From assembly GCF_988242995.1 (NCBI RefSeq), contig NZ_OZ547043.1: DNA of 64,000 nucleotides. One strand, given 5' to 3'. This document shows positions 27,228 through 42,908 of the stretch, in pieces (positions within the stretch are counted from its first letter, which is position 1; every line of letters begins with the position of its first letter). The notes beneath the pieces were generated by a model, which was not told the origin of the DNA, ran no database searches, and was given only the letters and a program-made list of their open reading frames with translations. Made by a program: the position numbers and the translations under genes.

Positions 27228-28301
27228 TTAGCGGGAGTAACTGACGGCAGCGGGCAGTGAAGGCGGGGAGAACAACAGATCGCTGAATGCACGCTGTGAA
27301 AGTTTTCTTACCAGCAAGCCCGCAACAGTACAGATGAACAAACTGACAAAGGGATAAACCAGCAGGAGTGTCAGTTCGACTTGCGGCGACCAGTGTGCCG
27401 CGTTCATTTGCGGAATCAGGCTTAAGCTGAATATTTCTACCAGAATGCGATGGGTGGTGTAGATAGCAATGGTGTTGGAGCCAATCACATTCAGCAGGCT
27501 GGTGGAGCGCATACCGAAACGTTGCTCGTACTGATAAAACAGTTTCATGATCACCACAATCGATACCAGCGACAACAGCAGCGAGATAGTAAACAACCAG
27601 GCACCGACCGCCAGAACGGTCAGCAAAGAAGCCATCAGCAGATGGCGGCGCAACGGCACCTCTTTAACGTAGGTCATTAATGTTGCGCCAAACCATGCGC
27701 CAAGGCTGTAATAAGGCAAATTGCGGATCACACTGTTCATTCCCCACCACGGCGTGGGAACGAAATTAACCGCCACACTCATCAGTACAAACAAGGCGAA
27801 TAGTGGCAGCGCCAGACGGCTAAAAATTTTACATACCACGAAATAAACAATTAACGCATACAGATACCACAAACTGGTGCTGGCGGTGATCATCCCGTGC
27901 AGGAACTCACCGGTGGAATCGGCATACGCGGCATTGGAGGCATTGCTTAAATCGCGCTCAGGTGCCAGCCACTGGTTCAGCGCACTTAACGCCAGCCACT
28001 GCACCACGCCCCAAAGCGCCAGCACCCAGAAGATGTTCCAGATGCGTTTATCGAGACAATTTCCCCACGGTACGCTGTCGATATAGCGGCGAATCAAATA
28101 GCCGGAAATAAAGAAAAAAACCGGCATACGAAAGGGGGCAAGGTAAAGATTGAAATAGATCCAGCATTTGCTCAGGACTTCCGATAACGGATGCTGAAAA
28201 GTGCTCAGATGCGGATAAAAGGTAATCACCGAGTGATAAATCACCACCAGACAAATACATAACCCTTTGATCTGGTTAATCCATAGCTCTTTTTGTTTCA
28301 T
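27228..28301 (-). CDS. ycfT: inner-membrane acyltransferase-3 family protein
   Basis: 357 aa; polytopic hydrophobic sequence; synteny mfd-ycfT-lolC. Confidence 0.85.
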   Translation of the reverse strand: MKQKELWINQIKGLCICLVVIYHSVITFYPHLSTFQHPLSEVLSKCWIYFNLYLAPFRMPVFFFISGYLIRRYIDSVPWGNCLDKRIWNIFWVLALWGVVQWLALSALNQWLAPERDLSNASNAAYADSTGEFLHGMITASTSLWYLYALIVYFVVCKIFSRLALPLFALFVLMSVAVNFVPTPWWGMNSVIRNLPYYSLGAWFGATLMTYVKEVPLRRHLLMASLLTVLAVGAWLFTISLLLSLVSIVVIMKLFYQYEQRFGMRSTSLLNVIGSNTIAIYTTHRILVEIFSLSLIPQMNAAHWSPQVELTLLLVYPFVSLFICTVAGLLVRKLSQRAFSDLLFSPPSLPAAVSYSR

Positions 28302-28450
28302 CAGGACAACACGCTCTTTTTATTTAATATGCTGTTGATCCTGAGGGGCCAGTCGCGTGGTGTAATGCGTATCTGTCTGTATTTGGTTATTTTTCAGATA
28401 AAGATCAGGCCACAAGGCCAATGAGAAAATGAGGCCCTTTAGTCGATTGA

Positions 28451-31699
<3,249 letters not shown>

Positions 31700-31727
31700 A
31701 GGCAGTACATTAAAACAAGGAGCGGCA

Positions 31728-32639
31728 ATGTATTACGGGTTTGATATTGGTGGAACAAAAATTGCGCTTGGCGTGTTTGATAGCGGTCGGCAGTTGCAGT
31801 GGGAAAAGCGGGTGCCGACACCGCGTGACAGCTATGACGCATTTTTAGATGCAGTGTGCGAGCTGGTGGCTGAAGCCGATAAGCGTTTTGGCTGTAAAGG
31901 TTCTGTCGGCATCGGTATTCCGGGAATGCCGGAAACAGAAGATGGTACGCTGTATGCCGCCAATGTCCCCGCTGCCAGCGGTAAACCGCTGCGTGCCGAC
32001 CTGAGCGCACGTCTTGATCGCGATGTCCGCCTTGATAACGATGCCAACTGTTTTGCCCTTTCAGAAGCCTGGGATGATGAATTTACTCAATATCCACTAG
32101 TGATGGGGTTGATTCTCGGCACCGGCGTTGGCGGCGGGCTGATTTTCAACGGTAAACCAATTACCGGTAAAAGCTATATTACCGGCGAGTTTGGCCATAT
32201 GCGTCTGCCGGTTGATGCGTTAACCATGATGGGGCTGGATTTCCCGTTACGCCGCTGCGGCTGTGGTCAGCATGGCTGCATTGAAAATTATCTGTCTGGT
32301 CGCGGTTTTGCGTGGCTGTATCAACACTATTATCATCAACCGTTGCAGGCTCCCGAAATTATTGCGCTTTATGATCAAGGTGATGAGCAGGCAAGGGCGC
32401 ACGTTGAGCGTTATCTGGATTTATTAGCGGTTTGTCTGGGAAATATCCTGACCATTGTTGACCCTGACCTGGTCGTCATTGGTGGTGGCTTATCGAATTT
32501 CCCGGCAATCACAACGCAACTGGCGGACAGGCTGCCTCGTCATCTCTTACCTGTAGCTCGTGTTCCGCGCATTGAACGCGCGCGCCACGGTGATGCGGGA
32601 GGAATGCGTGGTGCGGCCTTCCTACATCTAACCGATTAA
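31728..32639 (+). CDS. nagK: N-acetyl-D-glucosamine kinase (ROK family)
   Basis: 303 aa from [11 protein letters not shown] start; ROK zinc motif CGCGQHGC. Confidence 0.92.
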   Translation: MYYGFDIGGTKIALGVFDSGRQLQWEKRVPTPRDSYDAFLDAVCELVAEADKRFGCKGSVGIGIPGMPETEDGTLYAANVPAASGKPLRADLSARLDRDVRLDNDANCFALSEAWDDEFTQYPLVMGLILGTGVGGGLIFNGKPITGKSYITGEFGHMRLPVDALTMMGLDFPLRRCGCGQHGCIENYLSGRGFAWLYQHYYHQPLQAPEIIALYDQGDEQARAHVERYLDLLAVCLGNILTIVDPDLVVIGGGLSNFPAITTQLADRLPRHLLPVARVPRIERARHGDAGGMRGAAFLHLTD

Positions 32640-32654
32640 ACAACAGAGGTTGCT

Positions 32655-33476
32655 ATGCTGTCGCGTCGGGGTCATCGGTTAAGTCGTTTTCGTAAAAATA
32701 AACGCCGTCTGCGCGAGCGTTTGCGTCAGCGTATTTTTTTCAGAGATAAAGTGGTGCCGGAAGCAATGGAAAAACCAAGAGTACTCGTACTGACAGGGGC
32801 AGGGATTTCTGCGGAATCAGGTATTCGTACCTTTCGCGCCGCAGATGGCCTGTGGGAAGAACATCGGGTTGAAGATGTGGCAACGCCGGAAGGTTTCGAT
32901 CGCGATCCTGAACTGGTGCAAGCGTTTTATAACGCCCGTCGTCGACAGCTACAGCAGCCAGAAATTCAGCCTAACGCCGCGCATCTTGCGCTGGCTAAAC
33001 TGCAAGACGCCCTCGGCGATCGCTTTTTGCTGGTGACGCAGAATATCGACAACCTGCATGAACGCGCAGGTAATACCAATGTCATTCATATGCATGGGGA
33101 ACTGCTGAAAGTTCGCTGTTCGCAAAGTGGTCAGGTTCTCGACTGGACCGGAGACGTTACGCCAGAAGATAAATGCCATTGTTGCCAGTTCCCGGCACCC
33201 TTGCGCCCGCACGTCGTTTGGTTTGGCGAAATGCCACTCGGCATGGATGAAATTTATATGGCGTTGTCGATGGCCGATATTTTCATTGCCATTGGTACAT
33301 CAGGGCATGTTTATCCGGCGGCTGGGTTTGTTCACGAAGCGAAACTGCATGGCGCACACACCGTGGAACTGAATCTTGAACCAAGCCAGGTCGGTAATGA
33401 ATTTGCCGAGAAATATTACGGCCCGGCAAGCCAGGTGGTGCCAGAGTTTGTTGAAAAGTTGCTGAAGGGCTTATAA
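32655..33476 (+). CDS. cobB: NAD-dependent protein deacylase (sirtuin), long isoform
   Basis: 273 aa; sirtuin motifs GAGISAESG and zinc-binding cysteines; C-terminus 6 aa shorter than remembered K-12 protein. Confidence 0.9.
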   Translation: MLSRRGHRLSRFRKNKRRLRERLRQRIFFRDKVVPEAMEKPRVLVLTGAGISAESGIRTFRAADGLWEEHRVEDVATPEGFDRDPELVQAFYNARRRQLQQPEIQPNAAHLALAKLQDALGDRFLLVTQNIDNLHERAGNTNVIHMHGELLKVRCSQSGQVLDWTGDVTPEDKCHCCQFPAPLRPHVVWFGEMPLGMDEIYMALSMADIFIAIGTSGHVYPAAGFVHEAKLHGAHTVELNLEPSQVGNEFAEKYYGPASQVVPEFVEKLLKGL

Positions 33477-33489
33477 AGCAGGAAGCATT

Positions 33490-33586
33490 GCCTGATGTGC
33501 TACGCTTATCAGGCCTACAAGGGGACGCAATTAATTGAATTTGCGGGTTTTGTGGGCCAGATAAGGCGTTCGCGCCGCATCCGGCA
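33490..33586. repeat. REP palindromic units (BIME) downstream of cobB
   Basis: gcctgatgtgctacgcttatcaggcctac and gccagataaggcgttcgcgccgcatccggc. Confidence 0.75.
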
Positions 33587-33613
33587 TAATAAACGCACAC
33601 TTTACTGCCTCTT

Positions 33614-34399
33614 TTACCGTTTACTCGTCAATAACAACGCGGCAATAAACGTACAGACACCAATCAGCCCTGCCCAGAGCGGCGATATTCTGGTAATCGC
33701 CAAGCTATTATCGATGTACAAACATAAAGCCTGATAACCCATATTGGCAATAGTCATCGCCACTGCAAACTTTAATGCATAATTAAGGCGCGTCGTGTAG
33801 TAAAAAAATGCAGTAAAGACGATGAATGCAACTGCCCAGGCAAAAAGACCTAATATCGTGGTACTGCCGGGAGGATCATTCTCCTGCTGTTGTCCGGGAT
33901 GCGGATAATATGTCAGTGGCGGCGTCGGTTGTTTTAATATCTGTGCTTGTAAAACAGCCAATGCATTATTGATTCCCTGATACCAGAGATCTGCATGTAA
34001 ATAAGCCAGAGTGTGATTTTCTACCAGAAGGCCGAGATGTTTATCATCCAGACCGCTTTCAACCTGACCGTTGGTTATCATAATTAACCGTGGCTCGCGG
34101 GTGGTAAAAAGTAACAGGACGCTGCCTTTTACATCACTCAATGAAGATGACGCATGCGCCAGCATCGCTTTGCCATTTTGCCTGAAGCTTGCTTCATTAA
34201 CGCCAGGTACAACCACGATAAACGGCGCAATCCCGGTTTGTTGACGAAAAAGTTCGGCTTTACGCGCGATCTCTTCGGCATCCGGTACAGTACCGGTAAC
34301 ATCCGTAAAAAGAGTCTTCATTATTGGAATCAATGGCTTACTGGTTACCGTCAGAGGCAGGAGTATCAGTAAACTGAGCAATATTATGATTTTTTTCAT
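33614..34399 (-). CDS. ycfZ: inner-membrane protein YcfZ
   Basis: 261 aa; signal/anchor plus C-terminal transmembrane segments; synteny. Confidence 0.8.
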   Translation of the reverse strand: MKKIIILLSLLILLPLTVTSKPLIPIMKTLFTDVTGTVPDAEEIARKAELFRQQTGIAPFIVVVPGVNEASFRQNGKAMLAHASSSLSDVKGSVLLLFTTREPRLIMITNGQVESGLDDKHLGLLVENHTLAYLHADLWYQGINNALAVLQAQILKQPTPPLTYYPHPGQQQENDPPGSTTILGLFAWAVAFIVFTAFFYYTTRLNYALKFAVAMTIANMGYQALCLYIDNSLAITRISPLWAGLIGVCTFIAALLLTSKR

Positions 34400-34857
34400 G
34401 GGCGGGACTTCCGTTTCCTGCGTGTCTTTTTAGAGTAGGGCATACTGATTAATAAACCGACGGAGATAAAAATAACGCCCATAATGCCGATAAACCCCCA
34501 TTTAAAAAAATTAACCCACGGGTTATTTATCTCAGCCTTTTCAGGATGTCCTGGAGAATAATAAACATTAACTTTATCGCCTTCGCTGTCTTCATAAAAA
34601 TCGCTGCCAATACTCGAATTGAAAATTAGCGTGTAATCAGGCGTCGGTCGAAAGGCAACGACGGGATACCACGAACCATTTTTACCCGTGCGATGAGAAT
34701 GACTGGAGTGCCAGACGGTATCAACAATGACGCCTTCAGTATGAATCGCGTCTTTGCTATAGGTGAACTGGTTATAAAAGATAACAACAGAAATGAGGAT
34801 CAGTACCAGACCGATACCGAGGAATATACGAAAGAAAACTCTACTGTCCTGACTCAT
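34396..34857 (-). CDS. ymfA: inner-membrane protein YmfA
   Basis: 153 aa from internal ATG of ORF 34396..34899; overlaps ycfZ start. Confidence 0.78.
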   Translation of the reverse strand: MSQDSRVFFRIFLGIGLVLILISVVIFYNQFTYSKDAIHTEGVIVDTVWHSSHSHRTGKNGSWYPVVAFRPTPDYTLIFNSSIGSDFYEDSEGDKVNVYYSPGHPEKAEINNPWVNFFKWGFIGIMGVIFISVGLLISMPYSKKTRRKRKSRP

Positions 34858-34914
34858 TAGCCACATCCTTGCTAAATAAAAAACGGGCGGTAATACCACC
34901 GCCCGCTTGCTGAA

Positions 34915-35961
34915 TTAACGTCCTGCTTTCAGCTTCTGATAATACTCTTCATAAATGCTGCTGGCTGCGCCAACGTCATTCTGCCATTCACCATTTTTAA
35001 TGGTTTCAGCATCCGGGTAGAGCGTTTTATCGTTCGCCACTTCCGGACTTAACAGCTTACGCGCCGCAAGGTTTGGCGTTGGATAACCGATAGTTTCTGC
35101 AACCTGTTTTGCCACATCCGGGCGCAGCAGGAAGTTGATCAATTTCAGCGCGCCTTCTTTGTTTTTGGCATTTGCCGGGATCGCCAGGCTGTCCATCCAG
35201 AAAATGCCGCCTTCTTTCGGCCACACCACGTCAATAGGCGTACCCGCCTGGCGTGCAACGAAAGCAGAACCGTTCCAGATCATGCCGAGGTTAACTTCGC
35301 CTTCCATATACGGGTTAGCGGGGTTATCGGAGTTAAACGCCGCGACGTTTGGCATCAGTTTTTTCAGCTCGTTGTATGCAGCTTCAATCTCTTTCGGATC
35401 GGTGGTGTTACCGGAGTAGCCCAGCTTACGCAGCGCCATCTGGAACACTTCACGGGCATCGTCGGTCAGCAGCAGGCTGCCTTTGTACTCAGGTTTCCAC
35501 AGATCGGCCCAGCTGGTGACAGATTTCGGATCCACCGCATCACCGTTAACGCCAATCGCCGTTGCACCCCAGATATACGGAATGGAATAGTCGTTATTCG
35601 GGTCAAACGGCTTGTTGAGCATGTCTGGATCGAGGTTGCTGAAATTGCTTAACTTCGACTTGTCGATCTTCTGGATCATCCCTTCTTTACGCATTTTATC
35701 GACGTAATAGGTTGAAGGAACCACCAGGTCATAGGCACCGTCTTTGTACGTTTTCAGCTTCGCGTACATGGTTTCGTTCGACTCGTAAGTCGAATAGATA
35801 ACCTTAATACCGGTTTCTTTGGTGAACTGTTCAAGCAGTCCTGGCGGCACGTACTCGGTCCAGTTGTAGAAATACAGCGTGTTGTTGTCATCGGCGTGAG
35901 CGGCGCTCATGCCCAGTGCCAGAGCACCCGCCGCGAGCAGGTGGCGTGACCATTTTTTCAT
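34915..35961 (-). CDS. potD: spermidine/putrescine ABC transporter periplasmic binding protein
   Basis: 348 aa; signal peptide; potABCD operon order. Confidence 0.95.
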   Translation of the reverse strand: MKKWSRHLLAAGALALGMSAAHADDNNTLYFYNWTEYVPPGLLEQFTKETGIKVIYSTYESNETMYAKLKTYKDGAYDLVVPSTYYVDKMRKEGMIQKIDKSKLSNFSNLDPDMLNKPFDPNNDYSIPYIWGATAIGVNGDAVDPKSVTSWADLWKPEYKGSLLLTDDAREVFQMALRKLGYSGNTTDPKEIEAAYNELKKLMPNVAAFNSDNPANPYMEGEVNLGMIWNGSAFVARQAGTPIDVVWPKEGGIFWMDSLAIPANAKNKEGALKLINFLLRPDVAKQVAETIGYPTPNLAARKLLSPEVANDKTLYPDAETIKNGEWQNDVGAASSIYEEYYQKLKAGR

Positions 35962-36752
35962 TTAACGTCCCCTGTGTTACCTTTCGTTTTATCACGAGCA
36001 ATAAGCTGGCTGGCAATTACCATCACCAGCGACAGCACCAGTAATATGGTTGCCAGCGCGTTAACTTCCGGCGATACGCCGACTTTGACCATCGAATAAA
36101 TTTTTAACGGCAGAATTTCATAGCTTGGTCCGGTGACGAACGAAGAAACTACTACATCGTCCATCGACAGGGTAAAGCTTAACACCCAGCCCGCCGCTAC
36201 CGCTGGCATTGCCAGTGGCAGAATGATTTTTCGCAGAATGGTAAATTCGCTGGCACCGAGATCTTTCGCCGCTTCCAGCATTCGCACGTCAAAACCTTTC
36301 AGGCGCGAATACACTGTCACCACCACAAATGGCAGGCAGAAGGTGATATGCGAGAACAGCAGCGACCAGAAGCCAAGCTGAATACCCAGCAGCATAAACA
36401 GCACCAGCAGCGAAATCGCCATCACAATATCTGGCGACATCATCACCACAAACAGCATTCCGCTAACGAACGGCTTACCACGAAAGCGATAACGGTACAG
36501 CGCAACTGCCGTCAGTGAACCGATAAGCGTAGCAAACGTCGCCGAAAACACCGCCATTGTTAGTGAATGCTGCGCTGCCTGTAACAGGCTGTCGTTGTTC
36601 ATCAGCAGGCTATACCATTTGGTGGTAAAACCCTGCCAGTTGATGCCAAAGCGCGAGCTGTTAAAGGAGTTCACAATCAAAATAATGATTGGGATATACA
36701 GGTACGCGTAGATAGCGGTCATAAAACCGCCGCGAAGCAGTCGACCGATCAT
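35958..36752 (-). CDS. potC: spermidine/putrescine ABC transporter permease
   Basis: 264 aa; overlapping stop/start with potD and potB. Confidence 0.93.
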   Translation of the reverse strand: MIGRLLRGGFMTAIYAYLYIPIIILIVNSFNSSRFGINWQGFTTKWYSLLMNNDSLLQAAQHSLTMAVFSATFATLIGSLTAVALYRYRFRGKPFVSGMLFVVMMSPDIVMAISLLVLFMLLGIQLGFWSLLFSHITFCLPFVVVTVYSRLKGFDVRMLEAAKDLGASEFTILRKIILPLAMPAVAAGWVLSFTLSMDDVVVSSFVTGPSYEILPLKIYSMVKVGVSPEVNALATILLVLSLVMVIASQLIARDKTKGNTGDVK

Positions 36753-37606
36753 TCGAGTTCCACCTTTTTGTTCAGCAGACGAGAAGCGCGCCAGTAAACC
36801 AGCAACATCAGGCCCATTACGATAGTCAGCGTAATGCTGGTGGCTGCACCAAACGGCCAGTCACGAATATTGAGGAACTGTACTTTGATGACGTTACCGA
36901 TCAGCAGGTTTTTCGCACCGCCCATCAGGTCGGACACATAGAACAGGCCCATCGCTGGCAGCATCACCAGCAGACATCCGGCAATAATTCCCGGCATCGT
37001 CAGTGGGATAATGATGCGGATAAAGGTCTGCAACTTGCTGGCACCGAGATCGCGCGCCGCCTCCAGCAACGGCTTATCCAGTTTTTCGATACTCGAGTAC
37101 AGCGGCATCACCATAAATGGCAGCAGAATGTAAACCAGACCGATAATCACCGCACTGGGTGTGAACATGATGCGAATTGGTGTATCAATAACGCCCAGCC
37201 AGAGCAAAAACTCGTTGAGATAGCCTTTGGTGCTGAGGAAAATTTTCAGCCCGTAGATACGAATCAATGAGTTGGTCCAGAACGGAACAATCAGCAGAAA
37301 CAGCAGCAGCGGACGCACCTTGTGTGGCAGCTTCGCCAGAAACCAGGCAAAAGGATAGCCCAGCACCAGGCAGGCGAGGGTGGCGATCAGCGCCATATTC
37401 AGCGAGTGCAATAGCACTTCAAAATAGAGCGGATCGAGCAGACGCGTGTAGTTATCCAGCGTAAAGACCATTTTGACGAAACTGGCGTCGTCGCGGGTCA
37501 AAAAGCTGGTGCCAATGATCATCAGGTTGGGCAGAAAGACAAACAACACAAGCCAACCGACAATAGTGACAATCACTACATTCTGGAACTTACTTGTGTT
37601 CTTCAT
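36749..37606 (-). CDS. potB: spermidine/putrescine ABC transporter permease
   Basis: ORF 285 aa; the annotated start may be an internal GTG giving about 275 aa. Confidence 0.9.
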
Positions 37607-38726
37607 CAGCCAGTACGACCTCCCAGCTTTCTACCCAATTAATGGCCATTTTTTGGTCGAGAGAGTGGTCAAAGTCAGGATCGTCTTCATTGAAGAATTC
37701 GCTGACCATCACCATCTTGCCATTTTCCAGTTCAACAACCGACTCCAGCGTCATGCCTTTGTAGTTACGCTCGCGAACGTAACCAATCAGCCCTTCAGCG
37801 TGGTTGTCGTCGTTAATCTCTTCAACACGTAAGTCTTCCGGGCGCAGCAGAACATGCAGTTTTTGCCCCGGTTCAACGGCGAAGTTAACGTAGATATTAC
37901 ATTCGCGGCCTTCAACGTTGGCGCGTACGCGCTGCTCGTCTAGACGTTCGATGACAGTGGCGTTAAACATATTGATTTCGCCAATAAACCCAGCAACAAA
38001 CAGGTTTTTCGGCTCTTCATAGATTTCACGCGGCGTGCCGTCTTGCTCAATGCGACCATCGCGCATCACCACAATCCTGTCCGACATGGTGAGTGCTTCT
38101 TCCTGGTCGTGAGTCACGAAGACGAATGTAATGCCAAGCTTACGCTGTAACGCTTTCAGCTCGTTCTGCATTTGCTTGCGCAGTTTGTAATCCAGCGCTG
38201 AGAGCGACTCATCCAGCAACAACAGACGAGGCTTGTTAACCACCGCGCGGGCAATGGCGACGCGTTGCTGTTGACCACCAGAGAGCTGATGCGGTTTGCG
38301 TTGAGCGAAGGTTTCCAGCTGCACCATCCGCAGGGCTTCCATCACGCGGGGCGTAATTTCAGCAGCGGGGGTTTTTTGCATGCGTAACCCAAAGGCCACA
38401 TTTTCGAACACGGTCATGTGGGGGAAAAGTGCGTAGCTTTGGAAAACAGTGTTCACATAGCGGTTTTCCGCCGGAACGTGGGTGATGTCCTCGTTATCCA
38501 GCATGATGCGTCCGGAATCAACAGTTTCCAGACCTGCAATCAGGCGAAGAACGGTTGTTTTACCGCAGCCAGAAGGGCCAAGCAGCGTGAGGAACTCGCC
38601 ATTGTTGATAGTCAGATCCAGCTGGGGAATGACCTCTTTACCATCAAAGCATTTGCGAATTCCCGCCAATTGCACCAGCGGTGAAAGCGAACTCGGTTGT
38701 TTATTCAATTTTTTACTCTGTCCCAT
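37590..38726 (-). CDS. potA: spermidine/putrescine ABC transporter ATPase
   Basis: 378 aa; Walker [10 protein letters not shown] and ABC signature LSGGQQQR. Confidence 0.95.
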
Positions 38727-38975
38727 GTAAACGCAACGGATGGCTTACCGATGCGGGGTTTGTGGTTAACCACCTTGGTGACTCTTAATGAGGGCGGTAA
38801 TTCTACGGCAAACCGCTTGAATCGCCAATCTTTGTTGTGAATTACTGGCTTAGCTTTATATTCATTAAGGTAATGCTGATAAATATTCCCGCTTGCAGGG
38901 GTAAAAGTGACCTGACGCAATATTTGTCTTTTCTTGCTTCTTAATAATGTTGTCACAAAAAGTGAGGGTGACTAC

Positions 38976-40202
38976 ATGGATAAACTACTTGAGCGATTTT
39001 TGAACTACGTGTCTCTGGATACCCAATCAAAGGCAGGGGTGAGACAGGTTCCCAGCACGGAAGGCCAATGGAAGTTATTGCATCTGCTGAAAGAGCAGCT
39101 CGAAGAGATGGGGCTTATCAATGTGACCTTAAGTGAGAAGGGCACTTTGATGGCGACGTTACCGGCTAACGTCCCTGGCGATATCCCGGCGATTGGCTTT
39201 ATTTCTCATGTGGATACCTCACCGGATTGCAGCGGCAAAAATGTGAATCCGCAAATTGTTGAAAACTATCGCGGTGGCGATATTGCGCTGGGTATCGGCG
39301 ATGAAGTTTTATCACCGGTTATGTTCCCGGTGCTGCATCAGCTACTGGGTCAGACGCTGATTACCACCGATGGTAAAACCTTGTTAGGTGCCGATGACAA
39401 AGCCGGTATTGCAGAAATCATGACCGCGCTGGCGGTATTGCAACAGAAAAACATTCCGCATGGTGATATTCGCGTCGCCTTTACCCCGGATGAAGAAGTG
39501 GGCAAAGGGGCGAAACATTTTGATGTTGACGCCTTCGATGCCCGCTGGGCTTACACCGTTGATGGTGGTGGCGTAGGCGAACTGGAGTTTGAAAACTTCA
39601 ACGCCGCGTCGGTCAATATCAAAATTGTCGGTAACAATGTTCACCCGGGCACGGCGAAAGGAGTGATGGTAAATGCGCTGTCGCTGGCGGCACGTATTCA
39701 TGCGGAAGTTCCGGCGGATGAAAGCCCGGAAATGACAGAAGGCTATGAAGGTTTCTATCACCTGGCGAGCATGAAAGGCACCGTTGAACGGGCCGATATG
39801 CACTACATCATTCGTGATTTTGATCGTAAGCAGTTTGAAGCGCGTAAACGCAAAATGATGGAGATCGCCAAAAAAGTGGGCAAAGGGTTACACCCTGATT
39901 GCTACATTGAACTGGTGATTGAAGACAGTTACTACAATATGCGCGAGAAAGTGGTTGAGCATCCGCATATTCTCGATATCGCCCAGCAGGCGATGCGTGA
40001 CTGCGATATTGAACCGGAACTGAAACCGATCCGCGGCGGTACCGACGGCGCGCAGTTGTCGTTTATGGGATTACCGTGCCCGAACCTGTTCACTGGCGGT
40101 TACAACTATCATGGTAAGCATGAGTTTGTGACTCTGGAAGGTATGGAAAAAGCGGTGCAGGTGATCGTCCGTATTGCCGAGTTGACGGCGCAACGGAAGT
40201 AA
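38976..40202 (+). CDS. pepT: tripeptide aminopeptidase (peptidase T, M20 family)
   Basis: 408 aa from MDKLLERF start inside ORF 38934..40202. Confidence 0.93.
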   Translation: MDKLLERFLNYVSLDTQSKAGVRQVPSTEGQWKLLHLLKEQLEEMGLINVTLSEKGTLMATLPANVPGDIPAIGFISHVDTSPDCSGKNVNPQIVENYRGGDIALGIGDEVLSPVMFPVLHQLLGQTLITTDGKTLLGADDKAGIAEIMTALAVLQQKNIPHGDIRVAFTPDEEVGKGAKHFDVDAFDARWAYTVDGGGVGELEFENFNAASVNIKIVGNNVHPGTAKGVMVNALSLAARIHAEVPADESPEMTEGYEGFYHLASMKGTVERADMHYIIRDFDRKQFEARKRKMMEIAKKVGKGLHPDCYIELVIEDSYYNMREKVVEHPHILDIAQQAMRDCDIEPELKPIRGGTDGAQLSFMGLPCPNLFTGGYNYHGKHEFVTLEGMEKAVQVIVRIAELTAQRK

Positions 40203-40210
40203 GCGAAAAG

Positions 40211-40235
40211 GGATGCGGCATGTGATGCCGCATCC
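40211..40235. terminator. 10-bp-stem palindrome between convergent pepT and roxA (REP-like / bidirectional terminator)
   Basis: ggatgcggca-tgtga-tgccgcatcc read directly. Confidence 0.55.
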
Positions 40236-40250
40236 GGCTTAACTTCAAAC

Positions 40251-41372
40251 TTACCCTTCGAAGAACCAATACCCGCTATTGACTAGTGCCGCAAGCATCG
40301 CGAGAAATGACGGATCTTCCAGCGCATCACCAAAATTCTCCGCGGTCAGCGCAATGTTGCTGGCGAGCGCATCCAGTGCCGGACGGTGTGGGGAATCGAT
40401 CTTCTCACCATTGGCATACACGTCGTCGCCAATGCGCAATACGCGCAGACCACCCAGACGCACCAGCACTTCACCTTGTTTCAGCGCATCGTAGATTTCA
40501 TCCGGCTGATAAGGCGGCTCTGGCGGCGCGATATCCAGTTCATGGCGTGACTGGGATATAAACTCCCCAAACCATTGCTTAAAGTGTTCCGGCTGGTTGA
40601 TCAATTCGAGCATCATTTCACGCAGTTTATCCATCTCTTGCGGCAGAACGTCCGCAGGATGAGCGCGAGGTGGAACATCCGGATCGCTGTAGTAGTTGCC
40701 GCCCAGTTCACGTTGCAGCACATAATCGGCAAATCCGCTAATCAGTTCCCGCGTATTTGGCGCGCGAAAACCCACGGAATAGTTCATCGCATTTTCCAGC
40801 GCGTAGCCTTCATGCGGGAATCCTGGCGGAATATAAAGGATATCGCCAGGCTCCAGCTCTTCATCGATGATGGCTTCGAACGGATCGACCTGTAACAGAT
40901 CCGGATGTGGGCAGTGCTGTTTCATTTGCAGCTTTTCGCCCACTCGCCAGCGACGACGTCCGGTACCCTGAATGATAAACACGTCGTACTGATCGAGATG
41001 CGGGCCGACGCCGCCGCCAGGTACAGAAAAAGAGATCATCAGATCATCAATACGCCAGTCCGGTAGTTCACGGAACGGTCGCATCAGCGCGGCGGTCGGC
41101 TCATGCCAGTGGTTCACTGCCTGCACTAACAATGACCAGTTAGTTTCACCGAGATGATCGTAGCTTTCGAACGGGCCGTGGCTGACCTGCCATTTGCCAT
41201 CCTGGTGACTGACCAGTCGACTGTCGACTTCGCTTTCCATCGCCAAACCCGCCAACTCGTCTGGAGAGATCGGGTCAATAAAATTATTAAAGCCGCGTTT
41301 TAACACCACCGGACGTTTCTGCCAGTGACGTTCAAGAAAATCGGGCCAGTTAAGAGTGAGTTGGTATTCCAT
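40251..41372 (-). CDS. roxA: ribosomal protein uL16 arginine hydroxylase (JmjC/cupin 2-oxoglutarate oxygenase)
   Basis: 373 aa from MEYQLTLNWP start; synteny between pepT and phoQ. Confidence 0.88.
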   Translation of the reverse strand: MEYQLTLNWPDFLERHWQKRPVVLKRGFNNFIDPISPDELAGLAMESEVDSRLVSHQDGKWQVSHGPFESYDHLGETNWSLLVQAVNHWHEPTAALMRPFRELPDWRIDDLMISFSVPGGGVGPHLDQYDVFIIQGTGRRRWRVGEKLQMKQHCPHPDLLQVDPFEAIIDEELEPGDILYIPPGFPHEGYALENAMNYSVGFRAPNTRELISGFADYVLQRELGGNYYSDPDVPPRAHPADVLPQEMDKLREMMLELINQPEHFKQWFGEFISQSRHELDIAPPEPPYQPDEIYDALKQGEVLVRLGGLRVLRIGDDVYANGEKIDSPHRPALDALASNIALTAENFGDALEDPSFLAMLAALVNSGYWFFEG

Positions 41373-41447
41373 GTTAAGCATCCACAGGCTGGTATCTGCA
41401 ACCGATTATAACGGATGCTTAACGTAATGCGTGAAGTATGGACATAT

Positions 41448-42908
41448 TTATTCATCTTTCGGCGCAGAATGCTGGCGACCAAAAATCACCTCCATCCGCG
41501 CACCGCCCAGCATGCTCTCTCCGGCGACGATTTTACCCTCATATTGCTCGGTGATTTCGCGGGCTACCGCCAGCCCTACACCTTGCCCAGGGCGTAAAGT
41601 ATCAACCCGTTGACCACGGTCGAAAATGACCTCTCGCTTGCTTAATGGAATACCGGGGCCATCATCCTCGACCACAATATAGAGATGCTCGTCTGTTTGC
41701 CTTGCAGATATTTCGACAAACTCGAGGCAATATTTACAGGCATTATCCAGCACGTTGCCCATCACCTCGACAAAATCGTTCTGCTCACCGACAAAGCTGA
41801 TCTCTGGCGAAATATCGAGAGAGATATTGACCCCTTTGCGTTGATACACTTTGTTCAGCGCCGAGGTGAGATTGTCCAGCAGTGGGGCGACCGGATGCAG
41901 CTCGCGGCTGAGCAATGTCCCGCCGCGCATACTGGCACGATGCAGGTAGTAGCCAATTTGCTGTGAAATGCGGCTGATTTGCTCCAGCATTACCGGTTCA
42001 GCATCACTGACGCTCATCTTCTCACTACGCAGAGAACGCAGCGTACTTTGCAGCACCGCCAGTGGCGTTTTCAGACTATGGGTCAGGTCGGTGAGCGTCG
42101 TACGATATTTGTCGTAACGTTCGCGTTCACTTTTTAACAATCGGTTCAGGTTTCGTACCAGACTGGTCAGTTCTCGCGTTGTGGCTGGATTGAGCAATTC
42201 GCGGTTATGTTCTTCCAGTTCGCGGACTTCTTTTGCCAGGGCTTCGATGGGGCGTAAACTCCACCAGGCGGCGACCCACAGCAGCGGGATCACTAACAGC
42301 AGATTGGCTGAGAGCACATAGATAAACCAGCTCCAGACCATATAGGAACTTTTTAGCTCCACCGGAATGGTATCCACCACCACAATGGTCAACTTTGGCA
42401 TCCGCGATGTTGCCGGGTAGACGTTTACCGCCACCGAGTGGGTCATCTCCGCGTCGTCATCATCTTCCCGCACTTCCTGCAACTGTTGCTGTATCGAATG
42501 ATCTCCACTCAGCAAGAGGCTGGTATCGTTAACATCCGCTTCAATTTCATGAAAACCATTCGATTTCAGCCAGTCAGGCTGGATCATCTTCATCAGCCAG
42601 GGCACGTCACGTTGCGCCCATAAAAGCTGCCCGTTCTCATCATAAATTAGCGTCATAGTGGGGCTTTGCTTGTCGATATTTTCGGGTAACTCGACATGCA
42701 ACTTATTGTTTTCCCACTTCGCAAGGGTATAGAACAGATTGCTCTCGCCACGTAACAGCCGAAACGTGGTTTTATCGAAACTGACGCTATAACCGATCAG
42801 CGCAACCATTCCGTAGGCAAGTGAAAGCACCAATACTACTGCTGCCGTTGCTAACAGAAAACGTACCCGCAGCGAGAGCGGGAAAAAAAGACGCAGTAAT
42901 TTTTTCAT
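41448..42908 (-). CDS. phoQ: sensor histidine kinase PhoQ
   Basis: 486 aa; two transmembrane segments, periplasmic domain, HisKA/HATPase; overlaps phoP stop. Confidence 0.95.
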   Translation of the reverse strand: MKKLLRLFFPLSLRVRFLLATAAVVLVLSLAYGMVALIGYSVSFDKTTFRLLRGESNLFYTLAKWENNKLHVELPENIDKQSPTMTLIYDENGQLLWAQRDVPWLMKMIQPDWLKSNGFHEIEADVNDTSLLLSGDHSIQQQLQEVREDDDDAEMTHSVAVNVYPATSRMPKLTIVVVDTIPVELKSSYMVWSWFIYVLSANLLLVIPLLWVAAWWSLRPIEALAKEVRELEEHNRELLNPATTRELTSLVRNLNRLLKSERERYDKYRTTLTDLTHSLKTPLAVLQSTLRSLRSEKMSVSDAEPVMLEQISRISQQIGYYLHRASMRGGTLLSRELHPVAPLLDNLTSALNKVYQRKGVNISLDISPEISFVGEQNDFVEVMGNVLDNACKYCLEFVEISARQTDEHLYIVVEDDGPGIPLSKREVIFDRGQRVDTLRPGQGVGLAVAREITEQYEGKIVAGESMLGGARMEVIFGRQHSAPKDE

